Positions 26,004 through 35,665 are shown, counted from the first letter of the stretch. The stretch: DNA of 64,000 bases from Candidatus Poribacteria bacterium (GCA_022821495.1 JAJEDN010000043.1:2524-66523); one strand, 5' to 3'. Numbers and translations: made by a program. The notes: a model not told the origin generated them from the letters alone.

Positions 26004-26846
26004 ATGATAAATTTTTTGTTTCTTGTTACCCTTCTAATATACTTAGCCGCAAGCATTTTTCAGACCCTTTCGCTCGCAATCAGCAGCCGATCTGAAGCGG
26101 TGGTGATTCGCCCAACGATTGAGCGAATCGCTTTTTGGGGAACAGGCATCGGTTTTGCTTTCCTAAGCCTCTTTATTACACTGTGGTGGCTAACACAAGG
26201 GCATTTTCCGATGACGCACTGGACGGACTCCACCGCCTTCTTTGCGTGGGCAATCACACTGATCTACCTCATCATTGTACGTTTGACGCATCTCCGCGCG
26301 CTCGGCAGTTTTGTGATGCCAGTGGCGTTCATTGCGATACTCATCTCATATAGTTTCGCCACGCACACCGCTGCACTTCCAAAACCGTTGCAAAACTATT
26401 GGCTTCTGGCACACACGACGCTCATTTTTCTCGCCTATGCGGCCTTTATTGCAGCGTTTGGGTTCGGACTCATGTATCTGATGACAGAGCGGAAGATTCG
26501 CAGAAAGACGGACGCACTTCTTGACAATCTTCTGCCTTCCCTGGGGACTTCCGATGGTCTGGGGTACCGTTGCACAATCCTCGGCGTGATTCTGCTCACA
26601 ATGGGAGTTATTGTTGGAAGCCTCTGGACTCAGTATATCCGAGATGTCCCGTGGCGGTGGCTTGATGCAAAAGTAATCTCCACACTCGTGACTTGGTTTA
26701 TCTATGTCGCCCAGATCGGTCTCCGCCAATTTTGGGGTTGGCACGGACGCAGAGCAGCCTACACTGCAATCATCGGTTTTGTCGCTGTCCTCTGTACTTA
26801 CGTCGGCGTGGACCTCTTTTTAGACAGCATGCATACATACCGCTAA
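26004..26846 (+). CDS. cytochrome c assembly CcsA-family / HemX-like membrane protein
   Basis: About 8 hydrophobic helices and a W-rich segment (LWTQYIRDVPWRWLDAKV, WGWHGRR). Its position next to hemA matches hemX-type genes. Confidence 0.6.
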   Translation: MINFLFLVTLLIYLAASIFQTLSLAISSRSEAVVIRPTIERIAFWGTGIGFAFLSLFITLWWLTQGHFPMTHWTDSTAFFAWAITLIYLIIVRLTHLRALGSFVMPVAFIAILISYSFATHTAALPKPLQNYWLLAHTTLIFLAYAAFIAAFGFGLMYLMTERKIRRKTDALLDNLLPSLGTSDGLGYRCTILGVILLTMGVIVGSLWTQYIRDVPWRWLDAKVISTLVTWFIYVAQIGLRQFWGWHGRRAAYTAIIGFVAVLCTYVGVDLFLDSMHTYR

Positions 26847-26907
26847 TTCCCAAAGATTATGGAACGAAAGAAAGATGGAGGTTGTTTCCAAATCTTGATC
26901 TCTAAAT

Positions 26908-26936
26908 TTGACACAACCCTTGATATATGATATAAT
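26908..26936 (+). promoter_or_regulatory. perfect consensus sigma70 promoter TTGACA-N17-TATAAT upstream of hemA
   Basis: Read directly from the sequence, 52 nt upstream of ATG 26988. Confidence 0.6.
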
Positions 26937-26987
26937 TTACGAAGTGTATAAATAACATTTCACCTTTTAGATCTTTTGGTTAAAGGA

Positions 26988-28289
26988 ATGAACCAAATCG
27001 TCTCCATCGGAACCAGCCATCATGTCGCCCCTATTGAATTCAGGGAGAAATTGGCGTTTTCCGAAGCACAAATTGTAGAATCCCTTCAGCACTTTCGCGA
27101 ATCTGATCAAGTGCAAGAGGCAGTGATTCTCTCTACCTGTAACCGGGTGGAGGTCTATGCGGTCGCGAATGCAGTACGGAACGCTGAGGCCGCCGCCAAA
27201 ATTCTGGCTGAATTCCTGTCCCACTATCACCAGATCAGCGCAGAATCACTGAAGAAATGGACGTATCTTCATCATAATTTGGAGACAATCCGGCATCTCT
27301 TCAGAGTAACCACAAGTCTGGATTCTATGGTCGTCGGTGAATCCCAAATATTGGGTCAAGTCAAAGCCGCTTACGACGCATCGCGGGAAGCGAGCGGTGT
27401 GGGAACAATTCTCAATCGTCTTTTTACCAAGGCTTTCAGCGTTGGTAAACGCATCCGCTCCGAAACAACGATCGCTGCGGGTGCCGTTTCAATTAGCTAC
27501 GCCGCCGTTGAACTCGCCAAAAAGATTTTCAACACACTTGAAGGTAAAACTGTTGCGATTGTTGGGGCAGGCGAGATGAGTGAACTCACTGCAAAACATC
27601 TCGTCGCAAATGGTGTCTCTAACGTAATTGTCGCAAACCGCACTTATGAACGTGCCGTCAAAATCGCCGAAAAGTTCAACGGAACACCTGTCGCTTATGA
27701 TAGCGATCTCGGATTCCTCATTGATGCCGATATCGTTATTAGTTCTACTGATGCCCCCGATTACCTCATCAAACGACGCCCCCTCGCAGATATCATGCGG
27801 AAACGGAAACACCGATATATGTTTCTCATTGACATCGCTGTACCGCGGGACATTGAACCAGACGTAAGTAAGATAGATCACGCCTTTCTCTACAATATTG
27901 ATGATCTCGAAGCCGTAGTCGCTTCCAACCTCAAGGATCGACAACAAGAAGCAACGCGCGCAGAACAGATTGTCACCGAAGAAGCGAAGCGGTTCTACGA
28001 CCAATTGCAAATCTTTCAGGTTAACCCTACTATTAAGGCACTTCACCAGCAGTTTCGAGAGATCGCTGATACCGAGTTGCAAGCGTGCGTCTACAAAACA
28101 ACACTCTCCGATCAGCAAGAGGCAGCCATAGCCTCTATGACGCAAGCAATCGTCAAAAAACTACTCCACCATCCCATGCAGAATCTTCGCTGTGCCGTCA
28201 ACGATGGCGATGCCGACCACGGACAATACGTCCAAGCCTTACAGGAATTGTTCGCTTTAGATGTTACCGATGATAATTCAGATATGTAG
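26988..28289 (+). CDS. hemA: glutamyl-tRNA reductase
   Basis: MNQIVSIGTSHHVAPIEFREKLAF, STCNRVEVY (catalytic Cys), and GAGEM NADPH-binding. Confidence 0.9.
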   Translation: MNQIVSIGTSHHVAPIEFREKLAFSEAQIVESLQHFRESDQVQEAVILSTCNRVEVYAVANAVRNAEAAAKILAEFLSHYHQISAESLKKWTYLHHNLETIRHLFRVTTSLDSMVVGESQILGQVKAAYDASREASGVGTILNRLFTKAFSVGKRIRSETTIAAGAVSISYAAVELAKKIFNTLEGKTVAIVGAGEMSELTAKHLVANGVSNVIVANRTYERAVKIAEKFNGTPVAYDSDLGFLIDADIVISSTDAPDYLIKRRPLADIMRKRKHRYMFLIDIAVPRDIEPDVSKIDHAFLYNIDDLEAVVASNLKDRQQEATRAEQIVTEEAKRFYDQLQIFQVNPTIKALHQQFREIADTELQACVYKTTLSDQQEAAIASMTQAIVKKLLHHPMQNLRCAVNDGDADHGQYVQALQELFALDVTDDNSDM

Positions 28290-28409
28290 GGTAAAATTTC
28301 ATCAAAAGCAATACAATTTCACGCAAACCCTGTTTTTGACAGGGAGCCTGTCCGTTACTGGGAAAGCGGAAAAACGGAGTAGAACCGCGATATCTAAAAA
28401 GGAATTTTG

Positions 28410-29336
28410 ATGCAGAATTCGCTCACAATCGGCACTCGTGGCAGTCAACTTGCGCTTTGGCAAGCACAATTCGTTAAAGATCAATTGGAACGCCTTTTTC
28501 CGAATCTTGAAATTCACGTCAAGATTATCAAAACTATCGGTGACACTATTCCTGAACGTTCATTGGCGGGTTTAGGTAAAGGCGTTTTTACCAGAGAAAT
28601 CGAAAATGCGCTCTTAGCAGGCGACATCGATCTTGCGGTTCATAGTTTGAAAGATCTCCCGACGGAATTGCCCGAAGGACTTTGTATTACCGCTACTCCG
28701 ACGCGAGAAGATCCGCGCGATGTACTTATTACCGCCTCGGAGCTGCCCTTAAATGAATTGCTGCATGGCGCGAAAATTGGGACTACAAGTCCACGTCGAA
28801 AATCACAACTCCTCCACATACGTTCAGATCTTCAAGTCGTCGATGTTCGAGGCAACGTAGATACACGCTTACGCAAACTTCAAGAAACCGACCTTGACGG
28901 GATTGTTCTTGCCGCAGCCGGCATCAAACGGCTCGGAAAATCGGAGGTTATTACACAGTTTTTTGATGTAGAACGGATGGTGCCCGCGGTTGGACAAGGC
29001 GCGCTCGCGATTGAAACACGGGAAGCAGATGATAGGGTCGAGAAACTGGTCGCTCCGTTGAACGATCAAGAAACAGCAGTAGAAACCACTGCTGAAAGAG
29101 CGGTCTTGGAAAACCTCGGCGGCGGATGCCAAGTGCCGATCGGCGCTTATGCCAAACATATTGAAGGTGAACTCTCCCTCATCAGCGTAGTTTGTCACCC
29201 AGAGGGTGCCTTACGCATTGTGGAAAGTGCAAAAGGTGAGCCAACTGCTGCCCAGCACTTAGGCGAAACTGTTGCCGAAAAACTCCGAGAGAGTGGGGCA
29301 ACTGGACTGTTGATGGCACAAAGGAACTTGCAATGA
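28410..29336 (+). CDS. hemC: hydroxymethylbilane synthase (porphobilinogen deaminase)
   Basis: IGTRGSQLALWQA, KTIGD, HSLKDLP, and the GGCQVPIG cofactor Cys. Confidence 0.9.
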   Translation: MQNSLTIGTRGSQLALWQAQFVKDQLERLFPNLEIHVKIIKTIGDTIPERSLAGLGKGVFTREIENALLAGDIDLAVHSLKDLPTELPEGLCITATPTREDPRDVLITASELPLNELLHGAKIGTTSPRRKSQLLHIRSDLQVVDVRGNVDTRLRKLQETDLDGIVLAAAGIKRLGKSEVITQFFDVERMVPAVGQGALAIETREADDRVEKLVAPLNDQETAVETTAERAVLENLGGGCQVPIGAYAKHIEGELSLISVVCHPEGALRIVESAKGEPTAAQHLGETVAEKLRESGATGLLMAQRNLQ

Positions 29337-30865
29337 ACCCGCCTCCGAATAAACCAGACACAGGTATCGTTTACATTGTAGGCGCAGGTCCCGGCGATAA
29401 AAAACTCATCACGCTCAAAGGTATAGAATGCCTTCAGCAAGCTGATGTCGTTATCTATGACCTGTTGCTGAATGACGCGTTATTGAAACATTGCCCTCCG
29501 CACACCGAAAAAATCCAAGCACCCGATCCGAGAATCCGAGCAACTCGACAGGATGAACTTAATCGGTTATTGGTTGAGCATGCGAAAGCCGGTAAAGTCG
29601 TTGTCCGCCTCAAAGGCGGAGATCCCTATATCTTCGGACGTGGTGGTGAAGAAGCCGTCGCGCTCACCGAAGCAGGCATTCCGTTTGAGATTGTTCCCGG
29701 AATCACTTCTGCGATTGCTGCGTCTGCTTATGCTGGCATCCCAGTTACACATCGCGACTACGCCTCATCCGTCGCTTTTGTTACGGGACATTCCGCTGCA
29801 TTGCGACCCGATTCAAACATCAATTGGGCACAACTCGCCACAGCAGTAGACACACTCGTCGTCTACATGGGAGTTGCACACCTTCGCCAGATTGTGGAAC
29901 GCTTGACAACACATGGGCGAAACCCGCAAACACCCGTCAGTTTAGTCCGCGTCGGCACAACACCACAGCAACACGTCATCCAAGGCACCCTTGACACGAT
30001 TGTTGAGAAGGTAGAGGCAGCCGAACTCAAAAGCCCCGCGCTCATCATTGTCGGAGAAGTAAATCGACTCCGTGAACGGCTCCGATGGTTCGACACCAAA
30101 CCACTTTTTGGAAAACGTATCCTTGTCACACGTGCCCGCGCCCAGACAAGTGAATTCGCCGAACTCTTGGAGGCAAACGGTGCGGAGGTCATTCAATTCC
30201 CTACGATAGAGATTCACCCGCTTCGGATTGACCACGCGTATATTCACGCCATAAGCGAATACGATTGGGTTATCTTTACGAGCGTCAATGCTATTGAGAT
30301 TTTCTATGAATACTTAGAAAAAAATGGGAAGGATGTCCGAGCTTTCGGGGCAAGTAAAATCTGTGCAGTCGGGCCAAAGACAGTTGATGCCCTCAACCGC
30401 ATCGGTATTCAGCCCGACTTTGTGCCAACGCATTCCCGTGGAAGTGCTATTGCTGCTGATATAGAGGACGTAATCGGGAAGACAATCCTTCTACCGCGGG
30501 CAAAAATCGCTACTGCCGATCTCCCGGACGGTTTGCGCGAAAGAGGCGCGCACGTTGATGATGTTCCGATCTACGACACCGTCAAAGTGGCAAGCGGTAG
30601 TGATAAAGGGCGAGATGAAATTGAAGCGGATCTTTTAAACGGCAGGATTGATCTCGTCACATTCACCAGCTCTTCGACAGTCACCAATTTCTTAGAGATG
30701 TTCCCTGCACATACACCTGATGTTTTGTTGGCAGATGTGCAGGTTGCGGTCATCGGTCCGACAACAGAGAAAACAGCAGTGGCGCGTGGACTACGCGTTG
30801 ACGTGGTTGCGAAAACAGCCTCAGTTGAGAGCCTTGCAGCAGCGATTCTCACGTTCACTTTGTAA
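29333..30865 (+). CDS. cobA-hemD: fused uroporphyrinogen-III C-methyltransferase / uroporphyrinogen-III synthase
   Basis: N-terminal VYIVGAGPGD...VVRLKGGDPYIFGRGGEE (SUMT). The C-terminal ~250 aa (ILVTRA...FTS) is HemD-like. The ATGA start overlaps the hemC stop. Confidence 0.85.
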   Translation: MNPPPNKPDTGIVYIVGAGPGDKKLITLKGIECLQQADVVIYDLLLNDALLKHCPPHTEKIQAPDPRIRATRQDELNRLLVEHAKAGKVVVRLKGGDPYIFGRGGEEAVALTEAGIPFEIVPGITSAIAASAYAGIPVTHRDYASSVAFVTGHSAALRPDSNINWAQLATAVDTLVVYMGVAHLRQIVERLTTHGRNPQTPVSLVRVGTTPQQHVIQGTLDTIVEKVEAAELKSPALIIVGEVNRLRERLRWFDTKPLFGKRILVTRARAQTSEFAELLEANGAEVIQFPTIEIHPLRIDHAYIHAISEYDWVIFTSVNAIEIFYEYLEKNGKDVRAFGASKICAVGPKTVDALNRIGIQPDFVPTHSRGSAIAADIEDVIGKTILLPRAKIATADLPDGLRERGAHVDDVPIYDTVKVASGSDKGRDEIEADLLNGRIDLVTFTSSSTVTNFLEMFPAHTPDVLLADVQVAVIGPTTEKTAVARGLRVDVVAKTASVESLAAAILTFTL

Positions 30866-30879
30866 CCCCGAAATCCTAT

Positions 30880-32382
30880 CTATCCAAAAATCGGGAAAAT
30901 ATAAGGCACAAGCACTTTTTGCCAGACAGTAACCGTCCCGAAAATCGAATAGAAACCGGCACACAACACTAACCCAATCTGCTTCCACATAGGGGGCTGT
31001 ATCTCTGGTGGTAAGAATTTTCTGTTGACATAAAGTGTATGTAACGCTGTAATCACCAATAGATACCCACCGATCGTCGCCGATACCAGAATCATAAAGA
31101 ACGGCTTGGCGAGATACATCGCGATAACACCCCACAGAATATACACACCGAGAATCGGATAGTAGATCCACTTTGCGTTATTCTCACCGAGGTTTCGTGC
31201 GCGTTTCAACCCTGTCCATATAATATCCGTATAGGTGCGAGGCACACCATCCACACCGCCGAGTTGGGTCGAGAAGAGCACCCAGAAACCACACAGCAGT
31301 GTGAGATACCACATCACCCTACCGCCTTTTGCTGCAAGCCCTTCCGCTTGGAATCCTGCTGCTGACCACTGGTCCATTTCCTGTCCAGCAGGTACAAACG
31401 CCAATGTCAGCATCGCGGGCAGCGCAATACCGACGAAACATCCAAGCATCCAGATACCGTATTGCTCGAAACGGACATATTTCCACCATTCTTTAAACCG
31501 TTTGAGGTTCTCCGGTGAGATACGAAATACTTTACCCCAGTGCGAAAGCGTCACATTTTGCCCACCAATCATTGATGGAATCGCACCGACAAGGCTACTC
31601 ATGCCCCACCCTTTATCGCGCACATAATTAGTGATTGTGACATTGCCCAAACCGCCGCTTCCCGCATAAGCCGCAAAGGCTCCAAGCAACAACCAATCGA
31701 CCTGTTGTCCACCCTGTCCTTGAGACTGAAGTGCCTCGAAACCGAGGAACCCCTTGATAGTCGTCCACCACACACTTGGTGGCACCATAAACAGATCAAT
31801 GACAACAAGGTAACTGATAATCCAGATGACCATGAAGAGTTGGACTTTCTCAAGGGCGTTATAAATCTTTCCGCCGAACAACACAATTCCGAGGCAAGCG
31901 AAAAAGATGAGATACGCAAAGATTCTCACTGTCCCGCCATCTGCCTCTTGCGGCATATAACCGAGCCACGCTGCGGCGAGTGCAGTCGCAGCAGTCATCG
32001 CCCAACCGGGCCAAATCCCGAAAAAGTTAATCCCCGAATAGAAAGATGCCCAAAAAGGGGCACCAGGCTTGCAGCGCATGTAGCCACTCAACATCGGTTC
32101 GCCGGTGTAAAGTGTATAACGGATCGCTTCTGTATTGAGAATCGCCTGAAGCAGGATAGCGATCGTTGCTACCCAGAGCAACGTCCCGCCGTATTGGGCA
32201 GTAATTGCGGGACCGAGGAGCCACTCCCCACTGCCGATTGAGCCGCCCAATGCAATAATGCCAGGACCTAAGATGCTTCGGAACGCTTTCCCAAATTGAT
32301 ATTTCGGTGGTTCAGGGAGGTCGGTTACATCCCAATCGGGAAGCGCACCACCGGCTACACGTTCGTTATTAGTATCTGCCAT
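30880..32382 (-). CDS. Nramp-like polytopic membrane transporter
   Basis: About 11-12 TM helices. The N-terminal LGPGIIALGGSIGSGEWLLGP...GGTLLW resembles the Nramp family signature. Confidence 0.45.
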   Translation of the reverse strand: MADTNNERVAGGALPDWDVTDLPEPPKYQFGKAFRSILGPGIIALGGSIGSGEWLLGPAITAQYGGTLLWVATIAILLQAILNTEAIRYTLYTGEPMLSGYMRCKPGAPFWASFYSGINFFGIWPGWAMTAATALAAAWLGYMPQEADGGTVRIFAYLIFFACLGIVLFGGKIYNALEKVQLFMVIWIISYLVVIDLFMVPPSVWWTTIKGFLGFEALQSQGQGGQQVDWLLLGAFAAYAGSGGLGNVTITNYVRDKGWGMSSLVGAIPSMIGGQNVTLSHWGKVFRISPENLKRFKEWWKYVRFEQYGIWMLGCFVGIALPAMLTLAFVPAGQEMDQWSAAGFQAEGLAAKGGRVMWYLTLLCGFWVLFSTQLGGVDGVPRTYTDIIWTGLKRARNLGENNAKWIYYPILGVYILWGVIAMYLAKPFFMILVSATIGGYLLVITALHTLYVNRKFLPPEIQPPMWKQIGLVLCAGFYSIFGTVTVWQKVLVPYIFPIFG

Positions 32383-32402
32383 ATTTACCCCTTATTTCTT
32401 TT

Positions 32403-33437
32403 CTACTCTTGCCATTCCCAACAAATAGGGACATCCAGTTTCTCAGCAATACCTGCGAGTCCTCGTAAGTGATCTACATGGATCGGAATGCCGTTTCTAA
32501 GGTAATTGTCATAGTTGTTCCATTCAATTTCACCGGGAAGATAGGCTTTCTCTACGCCTTCTGCTGTTTTCGAGGCGTGAATTTTGTCGATACCTTGCTG
32601 AATTTCAGCCACATACCCCTCGTAATCGGTGAAACTTGCAATGTTCAGTGCGAAGAAGAAATGTTCAGATGGATCGTCGGATTTGTTGCACGCCAGCAGA
32701 CCACCGCTCAGCGGCCCCGCGAGAATCCCCATGATGAGTGCCAAGCCGTAACCACGGGGTCCCGCTGCGGGTGCTAAGAACCGCCCTTTACCCGGATCGT
32801 TGGTCGGTTGTCCGGTGTCGTCAATGAGCCATCCTTCTGGTATCGGTTTACCGTACATCCGAAGCGTGCCGATTTTCCCCCACGCAGAAACACCACACGC
32901 CATATCCAGAACAATCGGATGTCCATCCCCAGTGGGTAAGGCGTAACTCATCGCATTGTTAGCAACCACAGCCTCCGCACCGCCGGGTGCAACAATAGAG
33001 GCACCGCCAGTGTTCGTTGTCGAGAACCCAATCATCTCGTTTGATGCCGCCATAATCGAGTAGCACGCTGCTGCACCGAAATGCCCCGCATTACGAACGC
33101 CTGCTGCTGAAATACCGGTTGTCTTCGCTTTCTCTATCGCCGTCTCCATTGCGAGTGTGCTTGCCAAATGTCCGATACCGTTGTCTCCGTCAACGACAAC
33201 GAAACTTGGTCCCTCTGTCGCAATGTGGAGTTCGGGTTTTGGATTCATCTTACCGTCAAGAACAAGGTTGAGATAACCCGGTAAGGCACGTGTGCCGTGT
33301 GAATGCACACCGCGGAGATCAGTCTGCACCTGAAGTGTCGCCATCCGTTCAGCGTCTTCCAAGCGCAGCCCTGCCTTTTCACAGAGTGTCCGAGCGAAAT
33401 CGTGTAACCGCTCTGAATCTACCACAATTTCCTGCAT
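32403..33437 (-). CDS. Ldh_2 family (malate/L-lactate/sulfolactate) dehydrogenase
   Basis: ATG 33437 follows GGAGAG. GVHSHGTRALPGY, GIGHLA, and NAGHFGAAACY. Confidence 0.75.
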   Translation of the reverse strand: MQEIVVDSERLHDFARTLCEKAGLRLEDAERMATLQVQTDLRGVHSHGTRALPGYLNLVLDGKMNPKPELHIATEGPSFVVVDGDNGIGHLASTLAMETAIEKAKTTGISAAGVRNAGHFGAAACYSIMAASNEMIGFSTTNTGGASIVAPGGAEAVVANNAMSYALPTGDGHPIVLDMACGVSAWGKIGTLRMYGKPIPEGWLIDDTGQPTNDPGKGRFLAPAAGPRGYGLALIMGILAGPLSGGLLACNKSDDPSEHFFFALNIASFTDYEGYVAEIQQGIDKIHASKTAEGVEKAYLPGEIEWNNYDNYLRNGIPIHVDHLRGLAGIAEKLDVPICWEWQE

Positions 33438-33605
33438 ACCATTCTCTCCAAACATGAATTCACTGCGTATTGTAGCAGACGTAGGTTTCCATATCAAGTA
33501 CAATCCAGATTTTTCAATTGATCTCAACATTTCTTTGGACAAACGCATTGGATTAAGGCTAAAATTTAGTTAAGAAATTAAGAAAAGAAGATGGAGGAAA
33601 TACAT

Positions 33606-34148
33606 ATGCGTCAACACAACACTTTCCACACGAACAGAAAAACACATTTCCTGCCTTTTATTTTTATGTTCACCTGTCTGATGCTCTCTTCGTGCGCGGA
33701 TAATCCGTTGCAACCTGTCAGTGACGAAGAGACACAACGGATAAAAGCGGAATTGGATGATCGTTCATTCCGCCAATTTGATCCTGCTAAAGATGCCGAT
33801 AAGAGAAAAGGCGTTATCCTTGACTTCTTTAACGGTGTCAGTCTCTGGGCACAGTATGCTGAAGGTCCGTATGCGCTTAACGAGTGGGAAATATTATCGG
33901 ACGATTATCATATTGAAAAGGCAGGCTCGGAATACAGGCTTTATTTTCAGGCACCACGTTCCCGACAAATACTCCCAACCGAGTGCGACAATTGCATCGA
34001 AACCACGGGCATCTCCATTTCGATCCAGAACCTTTTCGATAGCAAAAAGATAAGGTTCAAACTGAATATCGGTGATAGTGATTACCCACCGCCGTTCCCT
34101 ATCTTTGAATCGTGGACAAAGTTTAATGAAGATGAGTATTTTGAGTAG
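33606..34148 (+). CDS. hypothetical lipoprotein
   Basis: ATG 33606 follows GGAGG. Lipobox is LSSC. Confidence 0.45.
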   Translation: MRQHNTFHTNRKTHFLPFIFMFTCLMLSSCADNPLQPVSDEETQRIKAELDDRSFRQFDPAKDADKRKGVILDFFNGVSLWAQYAEGPYALNEWEILSDDYHIEKAGSEYRLYFQAPRSRQILPTECDNCIETTGISISIQNLFDSKKIRFKLNIGDSDYPPPFPIFESWTKFNEDEYFE

Positions 34149-34247
34149 TGACATTTAGTTCTATCGAGGTGCAGTGGCAAAGTGGCATGAAACAACTGAT
34201 TAAATCCGTGCAGGTAAATCAGGTGCTATCTCTTGAGGAAGGGAAAA

Positions 34248-34646
34248 ATGAATAACGTGGAAAATGCGATTGAACGTCATTATTGGAGAGCAGTCACTTT
34301 TCTCGTGATCCTGATTTTAGCGGGCGCAGGCTTCTGGGGGGTGCGGCGGTTCGCGCCCGCAGTGTTCCTCGGCAAACCGGACCTGATCGCTGTACCGAAC
34401 GACGAAAACCCTAAAAGTCGAACAGCGAAACAGGCAGTCGCAAATAAACCTGAACTTCTTAATATCAACACCGCTTCCGCGGAGGAACTCCAAACGCTTC
34501 CGAACATCGGTGAATCAACAGCACAGCGGATTATCAATTACCGAACACAACACGGCAACTTCGCCAACGTAGATGCCCTCCAGAATGTCAGAGGCATCGG
34601 GGCAAAGACGCTGGAAAAACTAAAGCCCTTCGTTGATGCCAAGTGA
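34248..34646 (+). CDS. comEA: ComEA-family helix-hairpin-helix DNA-binding protein
   Basis: N-terminal TM helix, then LNINTASAEELQTLPNIGESTAQRIINYR...GIGAKTLEKL. Confidence 0.75.
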   Translation: MNNVENAIERHYWRAVTFLVILILAGAGFWGVRRFAPAVFLGKPDLIAVPNDENPKSRTAKQAVANKPELLNINTASAEELQTLPNIGESTAQRIINYRTQHGNFANVDALQNVRGIGAKTLEKLKPFVDAK

Positions 34647-35210
34647 ATGAATATCTATCCTATCCGCCTCTGTAAAAATGTGTTTAACGGGTACATCCCA
34701 TAATTGCGGTAATGTATCTTCTACGACTTGTATCTGATACGCCAATCCGATCGGGATAGCGTGTGGGCACTCCGTAAGGAATCTGTCGTAGAAACCTTTA
34801 CCGTATCCGAGGCGATATCCTTTACAATCGAAGGCGATGCCGGGGACGATGATGAGTTGAAGTTGAGTAAGGGGGAAAATTGGGCATGTCGTTTTGGGTT
34901 CTAACATACCGTAACGGTGGCGGGTCAATTCGGTTTTCGATTCTTGAATCCGCCGCGGTATAAGTCGATTCCGGCGTGTATCGACGACCGGGGCGCAGAC
35001 ATATTTTCCGGCATGGAGTAACTCTTCAAGAAGCACCTGTGTTTCAACCTCGCTCCGCATACTCAGGTAGAGCATCACAGCATCGAAACCCTCGTTTTGT
35101 ATCCAACGCACGACGGCATCAGCAATCTCTTGGCTGAATGTAGCACGGACTTCTGGTGTGAGTCCGTCTCGCTGGCGGAGCACTTCAGCGCGGAGGCGTT
35201 CCCGTTCCAT
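34620..35210 (-). CDS. 5-formyltetrahydrofolate cyclo-ligase
   Basis: LIIVPGIAFDCKGYRLGYGKGFYDRFL. Its 3' end overlaps comEA by 27 nt. Confidence 0.8.
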   Translation of the reverse strand: MERERLRAEVLRQRDGLTPEVRATFSQEIADAVVRWIQNEGFDAVMLYLSMRSEVETQVLLEELLHAGKYVCAPVVDTRRNRLIPRRIQESKTELTRHRYGMLEPKTTCPIFPLTQLQLIIVPGIAFDCKGYRLGYGKGFYDRFLTECPHAIPIGLAYQIQVVEDTLPQLWDVPVKHIFTEADRIDIHSLGINEGL

Positions 35211-35245
35211 TACCGTATTCCTTTATAGACGCGCCGGTCTGTTTC

Positions 35246-35533
35246 CTATTTCTGATATCTAACTTTTCCAGCGACTTCTACGGTATCAACAATCGCCATG
35301 ATGACAGCATCGACCGGTTTGTTCCCTGTAACATGCGTCTGTCGAGCAGAACTCCCTGTTGCGACGAGGACGATCTCGCCGATACCCGCACCGACCGCAT
35401 CCACAGCAACTGTATATTTTCGGTCGACTTCTCCATTCAGATCCACATCTTGGACAACCATCAACTTACTTCCAATGAGTTTTTCATCTTTCTGCGTCGC
35501 GACGACTGTCCCTGTAACTTTTCCAAGGATCAT
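35246..35533 (-). CDS. EutN/CcmL-family bacterial microcompartment vertex (pentamer) protein
   Basis: MILGKVTGTVVATQKDEKLIGSKLMVVQ...AVDAVGAGIGEIVLVATGSSAR...VDAVIMAIVD is colinear with the EutN/CcmL pattern. Confidence 0.8.
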   Translation of the reverse strand: MILGKVTGTVVATQKDEKLIGSKLMVVQDVDLNGEVDRKYTVAVDAVGAGIGEIVLVATGSSARQTHVTGNKPVDAVIMAIVDTVEVAGKVRYQK

Positions 35534-35636
35534 TTAATTAAGAACCTTTCATTTGGAATGAGATTTCTGTTCCTTGCCTCTTTTCCTGCACCGCTGATTT
35601 TGAAACGATTCGCTTTGTCCCGTTTGTATATGTAAA

Positions 35637-35665
35637 ATTATACACGAAACTTGTTGAAATTTCAA
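35637..35665 (-). promoter_or_regulatory. sigma70-like promoter TTGAAA-N17-TATAAT (minus strand)
   Basis: Reverse complement of 35637..35665, ~100 nt upstream of the EutN start codon. Confidence 0.55.

Noticed and set aside
27489-28145. 218-aa minus-strand ORF inside hemA.
   Set aside because: Antisense to an unambiguous glutamyl-tRNA reductase CDS.
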